A stretch of DNA of 64,000 bases, taken from the NCBI GenBank assembly GCA_013239625.1, contig MU053881.1, forward strand, positions 11,855,957 through 11,919,956, written 5' to 3'. The DNA comes from Lama guanicoe. Taxonomy: Eukaryota. Below are positions 12,401-25,578 of the stretch, in pieces (positions within the stretch are counted from its first letter, which is position 1; every line of letters starts with the position of its first letter). The notes below the pieces were generated by a model. It had not been told where the DNA came from, did not search any database, and was given only the letters and a program-made list of their open reading frames with translations. The position numbers and the translations under genes are program-made.

Positions 12401-14704
12401 CTGAAAAGTTCTTCATCTCTCCTATTCTAAATGATAATCTTGCTGAATAGAGTATCCCAGGTTGCAGGCTTTTTCCTTTCAGCACTTGAAATGTAGCATG
12501 CAGCTCCCTTCTGGCCTGCAAAATTTCTGAAATAAAAATCAGCTTATCTTAAGGGATTTCCTTGTATGTGACTCTTTGTTTTTCTCTTGCTACATTTAGA
12601 ATTCTCTCTTTAACTTTTGCCATTTAAATATGATATGTCTTGGTGTGGGTTTATTAGCGTTCATGTTCTTTGGGCCTCTCTGTGCGTCTTGTACCTGGAT
12701 ATCTGTTTGCTTCTTCAGGTTTGGAAGTTTTCAGCCATAATTTCATCAAATACATTTTTTACCTCTTTTTCTATTTTCCTTCTGGGACCCCCTATAATGT
12801 GAAGTGTGGTATGCTTGATGTTGTCCTAGAGGTCCCTTAAACTGTTCATTTTTTAAAATTTGCTTTTCTTTATGATCCTCTGATTGGGTACAATATTCTA
12901 TCTTGTAGATTATTTATGAATTCTTCTGTTTCACCTTGTCTGTGTTAATTCCTTCTAGTGTGCTTTCCATTTCAGTTACTGTATTTTCAGTTCTGACTGG
13001 TTCTTTATTATTGTGTAGTTTATTGTTAAAATTCTCACTGTGTTCATCTGTTCTTTTCCATAATTCAGTTAAAGCATTCAGAGCATTAGAAGAAAGAATG
13101 CTGTCTGGTGAATTATTTGTGTTTCATTAGTTTTTTTTTTTTTCAGTGTTTCCTCTTCCTTTTTCATTTGAAACAAATTCCTCTGTCTTCTCATTTTGCT
13201 TAACTTTCTCTGTGTCTATGAAATGAGGTGAAATAGTTACCTGTTACAGTCTTGAAGGGTGTCCTTATGTGGGAGCATCCCTATAAAGTCTGTATGTACC
13301 CAGAGGCTTTGGTGGGAAAGATGTATTGGACATGAGCATGAGTCATGCCTTTCCCTAGGTCATGCTGACAGCTATCACTTTGATAGAGGAGGTAGGACTG
13401 GAGATGGAATGGCTAGGGCCAGAGCCAGGTATAAGGCAAGGCTTTCCCTCTGCTCAATATCCTGTACCACCCTATTGAATGTGGGGGCAGGTACTAAGTT
13501 CCTGGTGCAGAAGCCCTGAGGGTGGGTCTGAGCTGCTTTCATTCCCTTTACATGTATAGTCTCCCTGCTCTTAGCACTGGCACCCTTGCCGCAGAGGGGA
13601 GTGCGGCTGAGGCAAGAGGGGCTGGTGCAGGTGCTTGGCATGGGTTTGAGCACAGGCTCTGGTGGCCCTGGCTGCCATCAGGGCCCAGGAGCACTCCTGA
13701 TGCGGTGCCTCAGTAAGCACCAGTAACAGCTGCCTCCCTTCCACACGACCTCAGATTCCACTCCAGGTCTGAGTTGCCTTGTCCCTCTCAATAAAGCTCT
13801 CCCTTTGGTTGCTGCAGCCCTTTCCCTGCTGTGGAGCTGCACGGTAAAGCAAGCAGGGCCGGACAGGCACTTAACTCAGGGTGAGGTGGTTGCAGGAAAC
13901 TGGCCAGTGTCCCACGCAGTTTCAGTCCACTCTCTCTACCTTGATCTGGGAGTAAACAAGTCTGTGCCTGCCCACCCCAAGGGCAGAGTCCAGGCTTCCC
14001 ATAGCCTCGTGTTAGTTTCACCAGCCCTCCAACCAGCCTAGGGGTCTTCCTCTTCCGGTATATGGCTGGAAGCACTCACTCCCCAGGGAGGATCTCTGCC
14101 CATGTAATCCCTCTCCTCTTCTGAGTCCCATCCCGGGTACACAGGTCGTCTCCACCTGATGGCTTCTTTTCCCTTGCTACCCGATTCTGTATGGATATTT
14201 CTTAAAGCCTTGGTTGTATAAGAGTCTTTATTCCAGTCTCTGGTTAGTTTTCAGTGAGAAGCACTCCACGTGTAAAAGTATTTTTGATGTATTCCTGGGG
14301 GGTAGGTGAGTACTGCATCCTCCTACTCCATGAACTTGATCTCACCCCCTATTTTGATACATCACTATTAGGTTCTGTTCAAGCTTTGTTAACATGTATT
14401 TCTGAAAGGCCTGGGGGTAGGGAACAAAGACTTGTACAGCTTCAAAGAAAACTCTCTTACAATTTCCCATTCAGTATTTGGTGTTATAAGATGATACAAA
14501 GCATCCTTCGGTTGTATGTTCACATAAAATTTAAGATGCCTTGAAGTGATTCTGGAGAGTTGAAATGATAGTCTATGTAGAACATGCTGTAATAGAGATT
14601 TCAAAGATTAGGACCTGGAGAAGATGAAATATTTTAGGGAGGTACCTGCACATTGAGCCCTAAGCATCAGGGAAGAAAGAATCCTGCTGCCTAGGCTACT
14701 TTGT

Positions 14705-15115
14705 CATGAATCTGGACCACAGTGTTTGGTTCCAAAGTGAGCTCTTCTATTTCCTAATTGTGTGACATGGAGAAGCTTCCAAAATTCTCTGAGAGAGTTC
14801 ATTATAATATCAACTCAGTAGTGTTACAGGCTTTTCCTGAGGATTGACAGAGGCAGTACAGGAGTACAACATAGAGACAACATGGTTTAATGATTGGGGA
14901 CTCCAGCTCTGGAGTGAGGCTGCCAGGATGAAACACACTACTCTATACTTTAGTTGTGTGACTTTCAAAAGAAAGTGATTTAATCTCTTTGTGCCTGATT
15001 TTTCTCATCTAGAAATTGAGGATTGTTTTTGTCTTAAAGAGTTGTGAAGATTAAGTGAGGTAATGCATGTAAAAAGCCAAGGCAGATCCTCGAGTATAAT
15101 GGATGTTCAGTAGTA
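14705..15115 (+). mobile_element. Two adjacent MIR SINEs (about 14705-14860 and 14877-15115)
   Basis: 'tgtgtgacatggagaag' and 'tgtgtgacttt...tttaatctctttgtgcctgatttttctcatctagaaattgagg...gtgaagattaagtgagg'. Confidence 0.7.
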
Positions 15116-16349
15116 GATGTATTTCTTTTCTTTCATTTTACATATGAAAGTGCTTTATGAAAGGAAGGATTTACTTGAAAAACATTATTTAAGACATTTA
15201 TTGATTCTTCTTCCGGTCAGGTATATAATGTGCAATATACTACAATCTGTCATGGCCTAAGATTACAAAATATTTTCTCCAAATGCTTTTTCCTTTAAGT
15301 ACAAAAATGTATTTAGAATGAGTTTCAGAGGAAGAGTTTCCATTTAAATATAATGTGATGCAGCCACATGTTTTCTTGTTGGCAATATCTTATTTCATTT
15401 TTAGATTTCACCTAATTCTCTGTATTTTATTTTGTGGGTTCATTTCTATGCAAATACATATGCACTTATTCAGGTACATGCTTTGAGGATTATGTTACAT
15501 TACATCCTTTCACAATTAAACAGCTTGCATCCAGTTTTCTCCAATTAAAGTGTTTTATATAAGTTGGTACGAGTTACTGAGTCCAGTCAAAATCCAGGGT
15601 TCTTACCTATGAATTAAGAAAACACAACATAGGTATTAAAAATTCTGTGAGAAATCAATTATATTACTAAAAAGATTTATATTGGCTATTGATTTGCATG
15701 AAATACAACTGAAAATCAACTGAAAAATCTGTATTTGTAAAGTTATTGTTCTGATTTTTCAGTTTATAAATCACCTAAACTTCTCATTTCTTCACCCTGA
15801 TGGTTTTCATGCCATTTTTATTATTTCATAATATCCCCAGATTATATAAAATAAAAAGAATTAGAAATGGAAGACATTTGTTAAAGCATTTCAGCTTTTA
15901 CTTTCATCACAATTGATAAAATGTTAGAAGGGAAAGAGCTAAAAGAAATTGTTTCAAATACTTAATTACTGATTTCATCTTTCATAGCATTAGGTTAAAA
16001 GGTGTTTGGAAAAGATAGTTATTCAGCCACTCATTCTGAAGCAAAAATTAGGTTATTTTGCCGTCATTTACAAGATTTCAAATATTAAACCCCAGTATAT
16101 TGAGATTTTTAGATATTTCAAAGTTTATTAGAATAGAGTGGAACAGAATAATTTAAGTCAGAATATTTCAGACATGTGCTCTCTTTTGCTAAATAGCAGT
16201 TGTCTTATGAATTAGTTTCAAACTGAGTTTTCTATTGGCAACATATTTAAAATTTACTCAGTAGTCCTGTGGTGATTCTTTTTTAATCCTACCAATAAGA
16301 AGAAACACCAGCATACATTTAAAATATTTAAAAGATCTTACTGCACGGA

Positions 16350-16437
16350 CTTTTATTGACTCCTTTTGCCCATTACTGAGAACAGCATCAGGCACATAGA
16401 GTGCATTAAATATGTGTCTCATTGAATGAATGAATAG
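16350..16437 (+). mobile_element. L2 3' terminal fragment
   Basis: 'ggcacatagagtgcattaaatatgtg...tgaatgaatgaat'. Confidence 0.65.
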
Positions 16438-16504
16438 ATTACCCAAGTGAACATGACTGACTTCCGACCATGGAAAACTGACTCCTGGAAGTTCAGGCTG
16501 GATC

Positions 16505-17092
16505 TGTTAGAGCAGGCAGATAGCTAAATGTGAGCAGAGAAAAGGGGGAATGGGCCAAATGGCAGGAAACCATACATCTTATAAACAACGGGGGTCCCTG
16601 AGCAAACAAAGAAAAGCAGGAACCTCCAGACTGACAGGAAACCACACATTTTGGGATGTCAAGGATCCTAGAGGAAGATAAAGGTGGGAAAAGGCAGAAA
16701 TATCCAGATGTAACCTTTTGCTCACTATGCTCTCATTACAATAAAATCAGCCTTGCAGTGATGAGTGAGTGGTCAGTGACATCATGACATTTCCCATCAA
16801 GTCTGAGTAAAGACAAAAATCCTTCCTCCCCTCAGGAAGGTGGAGCTGGGCTGCAAAGCAGGAAGCATGACCCCAAAACCCTCCCTCCTCAGTCAATATT
16901 CCACCCATTCATTTTTCCACCCCATATAACCAGCTTGCCAAAGAAACTCAGAGCAGCTACTTAACCTGAGTCTGCCCACTCTCCCCTTGGGAGAATACTG
17001 TCGTTAATAAATCCTCACTTTGTTTACTTGACGTCTGTGTCTTGTCTCTGCATTCCTTCTGCAACGAGACAAGAATCCTCTCTCTGGTAACA
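16505..17092 (+). mobile_element. ERV1 solo LTR, MER41-like
   Basis: TGTTA...TAACA termini, 588 bp, TATAA at 16925, AATAAA at 17006, U5 'cttgtctctgcattccttctgcaacgagacaagaa'; start 'tgttagagcaggcagatagc' recalls MER41; flanks gatc/agtc are a poor TSD match. Confidence 0.8.
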
Positions 17093-17560
17093 AGTCTGTA
17101 CCCTCCTACCAGGCTTTACATTTGGTCAGAAATTCATGCCTCATCTCAGCTAGTGGTGATGAGAGGATCTTTTATTATTCCTTATGAATAATATTAGGAG
17201 GCTTTTTTTTAAAATTTAAACCAGTAAAACGTTACATTCTAGGCAACACAGATATCTATAAAACTAAAAGAGATGATGCCCCATATCATTTAAATGCTTC
17301 CTTTTGAGGGGTTTTCTTTCCTATTTCTGCTACTAAGCTTTCATTCTCTTTTGTTACATAAGTTGTGAGGTAAATACTTTAGCACACTTACCTTATTTCA
17401 TGTAGAAGCTCAGTTTTGGGGGGGGATATTTATAGACAATGTAAATCAGAGCACCTTAAATAATTATAAATAACCTGGTAATATCTGTCTTCAAATGTAC
17501 GTATAAACATTTCACAGATACATGTTTATCTATCCCTGGAAAATTAAAACTTAAGGAAGC

Positions 17561-17967
17561 TGTAATGTGCTGAATTGTGTCCCTGTTTTTCAAGCATTCA
17601 TATAATAAAATCGTAAATACTGAAACCTTAGAACGGGGCCATATTTGGACACAGGGTCTTGACAGAGGTTATGAAGTTAAAATCAGGTCATTAGGGGAGG
17701 CCTTAATCCAGTATGTCTAGCATCAATAAAAGAAGAGGGAATTTGGGCATACAGGGAAGACTAAGTGAAGACACAGGGAGAAGATGGCCATCTGTAAGCT
17801 GAGGAGAGTGTCCTGGAATAGACCCTTCCTTCATGGCTCTCAGAAAGAACCAACTCTGCTAACACTTTGACCTCAAACTTCTAGGCTTCCAGGCTTGTGA
17901 GAAAATAAATTTCTGTTCAGCCACCCACTGTGGCACTTTATTCCAGCAGCCCTCACAATCTACAACA
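17561..17967 (+). mobile_element. MaLR solo LTR (MLT1B-like)
   Basis: 'tgtaatgtgctgaattgtgtccc...ccttaatccagtatg...gtgaagacacagggagaagatggccatct...gagaaaataaatttctgtt...cagccacccac'; TG...CA ends. Confidence 0.9.
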
Positions 17968-19219
17968 GAGAAAAATGTCATTATTATGTATATAACTCTG
18001 ATGTTTAAATTTTTCATTTTCTTAGAGTGTTTTCTGTTTAGTAGGTTATAAAATATACCAGATGACTAAAGACAGCAGTCCCAGGTTAAGGAAGCTTAGC
18101 TGATAGAATGTTAGTTCAAACGTGTGGAATTTTCCATTCTTCGTGATTCTGCTGAGTTACGGACAGATCTGCGCAAAGTTAATGTGACAGCAATGGCTTG
18201 CTCATACAGTAAATGACTTTATCAAACCGTTAATAAAATGGCACAGTTTTTTCAAATGTAATACAAATTTGGGGATATAAGAACATTGTTAATACAATAG
18301 AAGGACCATTAGCACATACAATAGCTTTGCTTTATTAACATCCCTGTTCGTATTAGTAATTTTGATCTAATTTAAGTGATGTCCCATTATAGTGGGGAAT
18401 TGTGTTTTCATTAATACAGTGAAAAAGCCATTAATATGAAAATTGCTCATTCAGAATCACATTAGCAAAGTGCTTATCTTATTATCACCAAGCTAGTTCT
18501 AAGCCAGGTGCTATAAGCAATCTGAGTTCAAGCATCCTATAGTCACCATATTTCTTTAGGAGGCTCTCACTGGCTTTCTTGACACCTTTTTCTGCATTAT
18601 TTCAAGAAGTTATAAATTAATATCAACACCATCATTTAGTTTGTGAATCTTACTGTATACATTTGATAGACATATATATTATAACTTACATTTGGATACC
18701 CTAATTAGCCCCATAACTTCAGAATATTAATTAAGTAGTGTGTATAAATTTGAGTGTTTTGTTGTAAGCAGCAGAATCTAGTTCCACTGCCTTATGCAAA
18801 GAAACATATAAAAATAGCTATGAAGGGAGTTCACAGAGTAAATGGATGGGACTTGATTAGAAATAGGAAACAAGAGGTCTCTAGAGGGTTCCAGAAGGCA
18901 AACCAGGGCAGTAATCATTCTAGCAACAATAGTTGCGTCAGGGTGCTCTGTCAAAATGAATTTTTCGATCCTTGCTTCTGTTTCTGCGTCAATCCACAGG
19001 CTTACATTCTGTGTCTGGCTGCTTGTTGTGCTGCAGTAGCAGGAAGGACCTGTTTACTTTTGCATCTATCCTGTAAGATCACACAAAACAAGGAGAGGAA
19101 ATCCTCCCCCGTTGGTAACTGTGGCGCTACTGAGAAGGAAGTAATGTAATTGGTAGCCAAAACCTAAAATACTCCACTGTAGTTATAAAATACATGAGTA
19201 TTTTACCTTACAGGGAAAT

Positions 19220-19510
19220 TGTGGTAGACATCACTTCCATTCACTATTACTGGCTTTCCTAATCTCTCATCCTCTAGAATCATGGCCGTAAGAGTTGCTG
19301 CAGGTAAGGCTGTGTAAGTGAAAGTGATGTATATTTGACATCTCCATTTGAGTTCTTAATTACTGGTGCTCAGCTCCTCAGTTTTCCTCTCCCACCACCA
19401 AAAGCAACGGCCTTCCCAGTGGTGGAGCCTCTGTCACTTGGGGTCCCAGAATAACAGCAGTGTAAAGTAGAGGCCTTCACTTATGTTGTAACATATAACA
19501 GAAACAAGAG
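19220..19510 (+). mobile_element. Old MaLR LTR (MLT1I-K-like), diverged
   Basis: 'tgtggtagaca', 'ccagtggtggagcctctgtcacttggggtcccaga', 'acatataacagaaacaa'. Confidence 0.5.
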
Positions 19511-19579
19511 ACGAACATTGTCAGAGTCAGAGATACAGCAGGTTTGGTTAAGCTGTCCTAGAGACATATGTGGAATGGC

Positions 19580-19745
19580 AGAAGAAATGTAACCATTGTT
19601 AAAGTATAAGCTCTGATTCTTACTGAATATGTGACCTTGGGGAATTTTATTAACTTCTCTCTGTATCAGATTCTGCATGTTTAAAATGGGAGGATAGATG
19701 TAGTTATGATGTTGTGATATTACCTGCATTCTACAGAATAAAAAG
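19580..19745 (+). mobile_element. MIR SINE
   Basis: 'atgtgaccttggggaattttattaacttctctctgtatcagattctgcatgtttaaaatggg'. Confidence 0.7.
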
Positions 19746-22119
19746 AAGGGTAAAGTCAGAACACTGGAAAGTATCAGTAAATTAAGTGTAGGAAAAAAAT
19801 GGTTGTTTAGGGAGACTGGACATCAACAGCTAGAGAGTTAAGAGTGAAAATGGAGAGAGAAAAGCTACAGAATAGGAAGATAGAAATGCTGCAGAAACGA
19901 CAAATATGAAACATGTCCATAATGTGACAACTAAGAAATAATGACTTTATCAATAGCAATAGACTGTTGGTATTTGGTCCAAGAAGATACAAGGAACTTT
20001 ATACTAAATACTAAAAACTAAGAGCACCACAAAAACAGGAAAATGGAAGATATTTAAGTTGGGGAGGGGAGGAAAAGCATGCAAAGGAAAGTCAGAGACT
20101 GAGCAAAGCTGAGATGGTAACTGATCAAGAATATGTCTGAGTATTTGGATAAACCTAGTTAAAAAAAAGAAGGGCATGATGCGTTGCAAGGAGTCACAGA
20201 AGTTAAACAAGATAAATTTGTGGAAATAGTTTCACACAGATCTCTACCAAAGTGACCCAGAAGTAATTTAAAGATGATGACCTCTTCAAGCAGTTGTTTG
20301 CCATATTACTCTTATTTCCACTGATTTGGGGAAAATTTGTGTGCTAAATGGAAATCAGCATTATGTGGTAGCATTTGTATGAGTAGTAGCAGATTTAATT
20401 GTATGACTAAGGTTCCAGTTCTTGGTGAATTTAGAGATTTATTGATCTAAGTATGCTAAAAACTAAGATGTGTTTGGCATTAAAAATTTTTAGGTTAGTT
20501 TTCAGCATCTCCATAATGAATTTGGATGTATCTTGGCCAGATAACTTAGTTATTCTGAGAACAATACACCAATCTCTTAACCACAAAATTTGTTTTAAAA
20601 ATCCCTAAAACTTTCATATTTATAATAGCTTGTACCACAGTTGGATTAAGAACTTTAATTTGAGCTTTTCCCTGATAGATAATGGTCTGAGAATACTGTT
20701 ATGTGACTCATTTTTTCCATTTCTGAAATGGAAGGGGAAAATTCCAATCTTTTGAATAAAAGATAAAGCACAATCCCTGAGTATAAATTTTCCAGTCTCA
20801 GTATAAATTCAATCATGAAAAAATGCATTAGACCACCTGTAACTTCTTATGCCTCATGTCTTTTTAAAAGAGGGCTAATTTATAATAGTTTGTGATTTTT
20901 TTTGAACAAATTTTTTTTTCTCTATGCTTCAATACAATTGATTCTCCTTCCCCTTAAAAGATTAAAATCTTCCAGGTGTGTATGTGTTACTTTGAGTTAA
21001 TAGCAGTGCTACAATATAATTTACGAAAGTGAAAAAGAGAAATAGTTACCTTTTACTTTCCAACAGAGCCAGTATGAATTAGGTGAAGTATCTCCCTCTG
21101 TGTATTTATTTCCAACTTAGACTGGAGTTCTTTCATCTTTTTTTTATCATGTATACACACACTGCATGCTATGGAATGATGCTGATCCAACCAGCCTATT
21201 AGACGCACACTGTATTTTCAACGCAGGCACTGTAAGGTTTCAGTTTGGAACCTTGACTAGGATCATCCCAGGATGGGGGCCAATCACTGTGTCAAGTATT
21301 GGGATTTTATTTCTCGTCACTGAAGGAAATGGTCGTGTAGACCCTGTAAGCTTAAGACTTTGCCTTTTCACTTAGGGGACAGATCCAAGACCTAGAACTA
21401 ATGATGTATATAAACTACAGACAGGGAGTAGCAGTGTTCAGAAAGAGTGAGTCCGTATCAGCAGCATCTCCAGTGTATTCTAGCCCACTCAGGTCATGCT
21501 CTCCTTCTTCCTCTCTGGATTGCCTCCAAGCATATTTTTAGTGAGATTTTCACTGAATTCCAAATCAGTGTGCCAACTTAGCACAGTTAAAAAAAAAAAA
21601 GAATTACAAAGTGGAAAGTAAAATAGTCATTGGCTGTTGAAATTAGAGTGATTTTTTTAAGAGGCAGAAGATACAGTATTTGTCCTTATTTTTAAAGTAA
21701 AGTAAAATATTAACAAATTGTCAGGGGGTAAGGTAGAGGAACATTTTTGAGTTAATGTCTTGTTGCCCAATAAAGATTATCTTTTCCCTCAGGCAATGTG
21801 TTATTGCAGAACTATGGAAGAACACAGAATATCCGAACAAGGTTTGATGGATAGGGAAAAAATGCAAACATATGGACCCTCAGGATTGGAAAATAATGTA
21901 TGAAAATGTAGGTGGTTGTATACGTGGGTGTCTGCTCACTGAAGCTCTTTTAAGTATGTATTTTCATTTAAAAGACATACCTTTTTGGTGTGTGTGGACT
22001 GGCTTCTGAATTTCCCAACTTAAATTATATTGATTTCAGGCTTTTCTTAACCATAAACTTTGTTGTTGTATCTCCTGTTACGCCTCCTGTTAATTTTTCC
22101 GATTCCGTATGTCTTCATT

Positions 22120-22572
22120 TATTTTGGTTACCCACACAATAATCGAACCAGACTCAGCAGCAAGGACTTGAGAGTAGAAGTTCATTTTGGAAGTGGTTTT
22201 GGGAGCAGTGGTAAGCAAGTAGGAATTAGGAAAGTGAACTATGGAAAGGAAATCAGCCAAAAAAGAATGAGTTAAGGAACCAGTTACTGTGTTACAGACT
22301 GCTAGGGACCTCAGGGAGATGGAAGAGAAGGGCTTCAGAGTTGTTGCACCCCAGCAGTGAGGAATCTTGGGCATTTATCCTCTTGTTCGCTGCCAGCATT
22401 GGTTGGGGGTCATTAACTCACTAATCCTTTAATCCTGCCCCATGCTTGAGCTAAGGATGTCAGATGCAGCCTAGCGGTGGAGAGCCACAGTTACTTGCCA
22501 AAAGCAGCCAGCAGTGTGCACTGCAAAAGTGAGAATCAGTGGGAATGGGTGGAGGCACAGACAGCTTTGCAG
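22120..22572 (-). mobile_element. ERVL LTR (LTR16-like)
   Basis: 'caaggacttgagagtagaagttcattttggaagtg', 'ggaaaggaaatcagccaa', 'cttcagagttgttgcacccc...gggcatttatcc'. Confidence 0.55.
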
Positions 22573-24452
22573 TAGCTTTTGCAATAATGACTAACACTAG
22601 GGTTCCGTTTTCAACAGCTGTGGCTCTTAAGATATTGGAAATACAGTATAAAGTATCAATTATTGATCTGGCTTCCAGAAACTGAAGAGAATGTATCGAT
22701 TTTTAGGGATGGGTATTACAGAGCAAGACTATTGATATTTCCCACTTAGCCCAACAGTAGCTGTGCCAGTGCAGGCAGCGTATTCCAGAATCCCAAAGGA
22801 GCAGACACAGAAGTGTGCTCAGAACCTACAGCTTTCCATTCACATAACCTATTTTGAGTCACTCTTCCCACATTTCTTGGAGCCCAGTATTAGATGTTTT
22901 CCTAATCAACTTTTCAGCAGTTTTCTCACTCACATATTGGTTAAGTTTCCTTTATTCTCAAATACTGAAAGACGGAAGTTGAACTGGCTTAAGCAATAAG
23001 GATTTTTTTTTTTAAATTCGCAGAAGAAAAATGTGCTCTGAGAGTTCTAACTTGAGGTATGGCTTTACCCAAGAACTTAGTGTGAGAGGAGAGCCAAGAG
23101 CCAGGACAGTAAAGCATGCAGGTGGATAAACATAAACTATCTCCTTACAATGCCAAGATGGCAACCGTGAGCTACAGGCATTATACCCACAGCTCCAACT
23201 TAGCAGGAAAAACCAACCAACCAACCAAACCTTTATTCCCACAAATAGTTAAAATAAAACCCTAGACATGAGTATAACTGCATTGCATTTTTATCCCTGA
23301 AGCCCTGACGTAAACACTGTCACTGGCAAATAGGATGACCTTGTTGTCCAGACCAGAGTCGTGAGTCTACCCTGGCAGTGACTGGACATGGCGGGTGGAA
23401 GAGGGGAAGTACAGTGGGGTGGAGTCTAATTTTCTAGAGATTGTGGATCAGTAGGGGGAGCAGAGGTCATTTTCAGTTGTATTTTCTATTGTTGGACTCT
23501 CAAGGTGAAAGTCAAGGGTCATTTACAAAAAGAAGATAGGATGGATTCTGACTAGTGGAGTCAATGTCTGTCTTGCAGTAGAGCATATATTCCCTTCCAC
23601 ATATCCTACTGCTGGTTTTGACTGTGTTCTCTCCCTTTCCTACCTCTAGCAACACTCAGAAATAACTCTAACCAAATATGGTGTTTTCTGTCCTAGTGAC
23701 CCACACAAGAACAACTCTGGCTTCTAAATCCTATCTATCTCCAATCTGGAAATGGTCACCATAGGCAAACCTCTTAGTAGGTTCCCTAGCCTACGATTGG
23801 AATTTGTGCAATATCTAAGTTGGAACCTCCATTCTGGGCTGTTTCAGAACATGCCATTATTGATACATTAAAAACTGAGACTGGTAATTCTATAATGATT
23901 AAGTTCTATTAAATTTAAACTAAGCACAAGAAGTCACCTACCCACGTCTGAATTACTTCTACTCGCAGAATGATACTTAAGTTCAAAAACCCTTCCCGTA
24001 CAAAACTGCTTTCCAACAGGTTAGGTGTTTTTAAAGTAAAATTAAAAGGAACTGGATAATTAATTTTTAAATAAATCAGCTAAAAAGTTTTCCAAATAGA
24101 GAATTTCCTGAACGTCTATCACATATTATTACTCCTCAGACCTCCATACTATAGTCATATCGTTAGTCACATCATAATTTAAGATGTATAAACTTGTCTC
24201 AAATCCCTGTCTCACAAAATCTGGTAAACTCAATGTCTCACAATATCTTTGGGGTTTCTTAGGAGTGACAAGTATTCATTGACTTAAATGCCTCATCGCT
24301 ATTGGCTCATTTCCTGATCCTGGGTGCGTTCTTTTTCCTTCACATTGCATCTCACTTGCTTATGACATCTCTGCTGGACTGTGACCCAATTTCTTCACTT
24401 TCTGAAGTACCACATAAGGCTGAGAAAATAGCAGACTTGTACTAAGTTTAGG

Positions 24453-24644
24453 GCAGACATTCTTAAACTGGAGCACACGCTCTAATCCTCTGGTGGAGCC
24501 TGTTCACCCAGACCCCTGAACCCCATCATCCCCAGATTTGCTGATTGAGTAGGTTTGGGATGGCTCCTGAGAATTTGCATTTCTCATGAGGTCCAGTAAA
24601 AAGCTGGGTCTGCTGGTCAGAGGATGACACTTTAGAACAACTTG
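24453..24644. mobile_element. MER5A hAT-Charlie MITE
   Basis: 'ttcttaaactggagcac...ctgattgagtaggtttgggatggctcctgagaatttgcatttct...cactttagaacaact'. Confidence 0.8.
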
Positions 24645-24805
24645 TTTAGAGTAATAAGGCAGAGTCAGGGGAGGGTTGCATTACTACACAGGTAACTTAA
24701 AGTGGAAAAATTAGACTTCCTAATTTTAAGAGTCCTTCAACCATTTCCACCTTCAAGAATTTCTCAGTAGTCATACTCCAAGTAGAAACGAGCTCTTCTT
24801 GTTCT

Positions 24806-24873
24806 CTTTTTTTCTTTCCTTTTTTTTTTTTTTTTTTTTTTTTTTGNNNNNNNNNNNTTTTTTTTTTTTTTTT
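24806..24873. repeat. Poly(T) tract spanning an 11-N assembly gap (24847-24857)
   Basis: Seen directly. Confidence 0.95.
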
Positions 24874-25341
24874 TGTGGGCTCCTTTCCTCCTCCCTGAAG
24901 GACTGACTTGGGAAACTCAGAACACTTCCTTTATTATATAAAATTTTGAGTTATTGCTGGCTCTCGGCCTCAAACCTGTTATTTATTTTTCTGGACTGTT
25001 TTGCTAAACAAAGATAATTGTTTCCTTTTTACATTTCTGTTATTGGGTCTTAAACTCATACTTTTATTCTCTCAATTACATTATATTTGGTAATAAATCG
25101 CTGTGAATTTTTGCATTCCGTGTGTTAAATCTATGTCTTTAGTTAGTTAGGAAACTTATTTTTATAGCATGTATCAATCACACTGGCTTTGATCTTATGA
25201 TAAATATTGACTCAATTTATATATATGAATTTTTGGTGTTACATCTTACATTAACATGGAGAATACAACTTACATTCAGAGTGAAAGAGGCACAACACTG
25301 ACACAGTATTTCCTAAGTATCCAGGCTGTCCTGACTGGAAG

Positions 25342-25578
25342 GCAGGGTAACATTATAATTAAACCTAGGCTCCTGGCCCAGAACGCCAGGGTCTAAATTC
25401 AGCTCTGCAGCTTTACAGCTGGGTGAACCCAAGAACGTTACTTACTTCTCTTGGTCTGTTTATTCTTTTACAGAATGTGCATGATTATACACTGTGTGGT
25501 TAAATCTTGCACGTAAAGCCCTCAAACTAGCAGCTGGTATGTCATGAGTACATAATAAATGTCAGTTTTTCTTATTAT
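25342..25578 (+). mobile_element. MIR SINE
   Basis: 'gggtctaaattcagctctgcagctttacagctgggtgaaccc...cgtaaagccctcaaa...cataataaatgtcagtt'. Confidence 0.7.

Larger units (their letters stand above)
7914..14350 (-). mobile_element. Near-full-length decayed LINE-1 (5' UTR, ORF1, ORF2, 3' UTR) with secondary insertions
   Basis: ORF track: endonuclease (LNINRLNAPIK...CLQETHF; YRTDHML), RT ([34 protein letters not shown]). ORF1 about 12330-13100, GC-richer 5' UTR to about 14350; many stops and frameshifts. Confidence 0.95.

Noticed and set aside
13259..14075. GC-rich region with several ORFs, resembling a gene promoter
   Set aside because: It is the L1 5' UTR with CpGs largely decayed; the same applies to 42888-43715 and 54478-55028
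21793..21841. Plus-strand exon-like segment after cttttccctcag (similar ones near 32208, 51530, 54005)
   Set aside because: Isolated splice-like sites with no recognisable peptide or consistent chain
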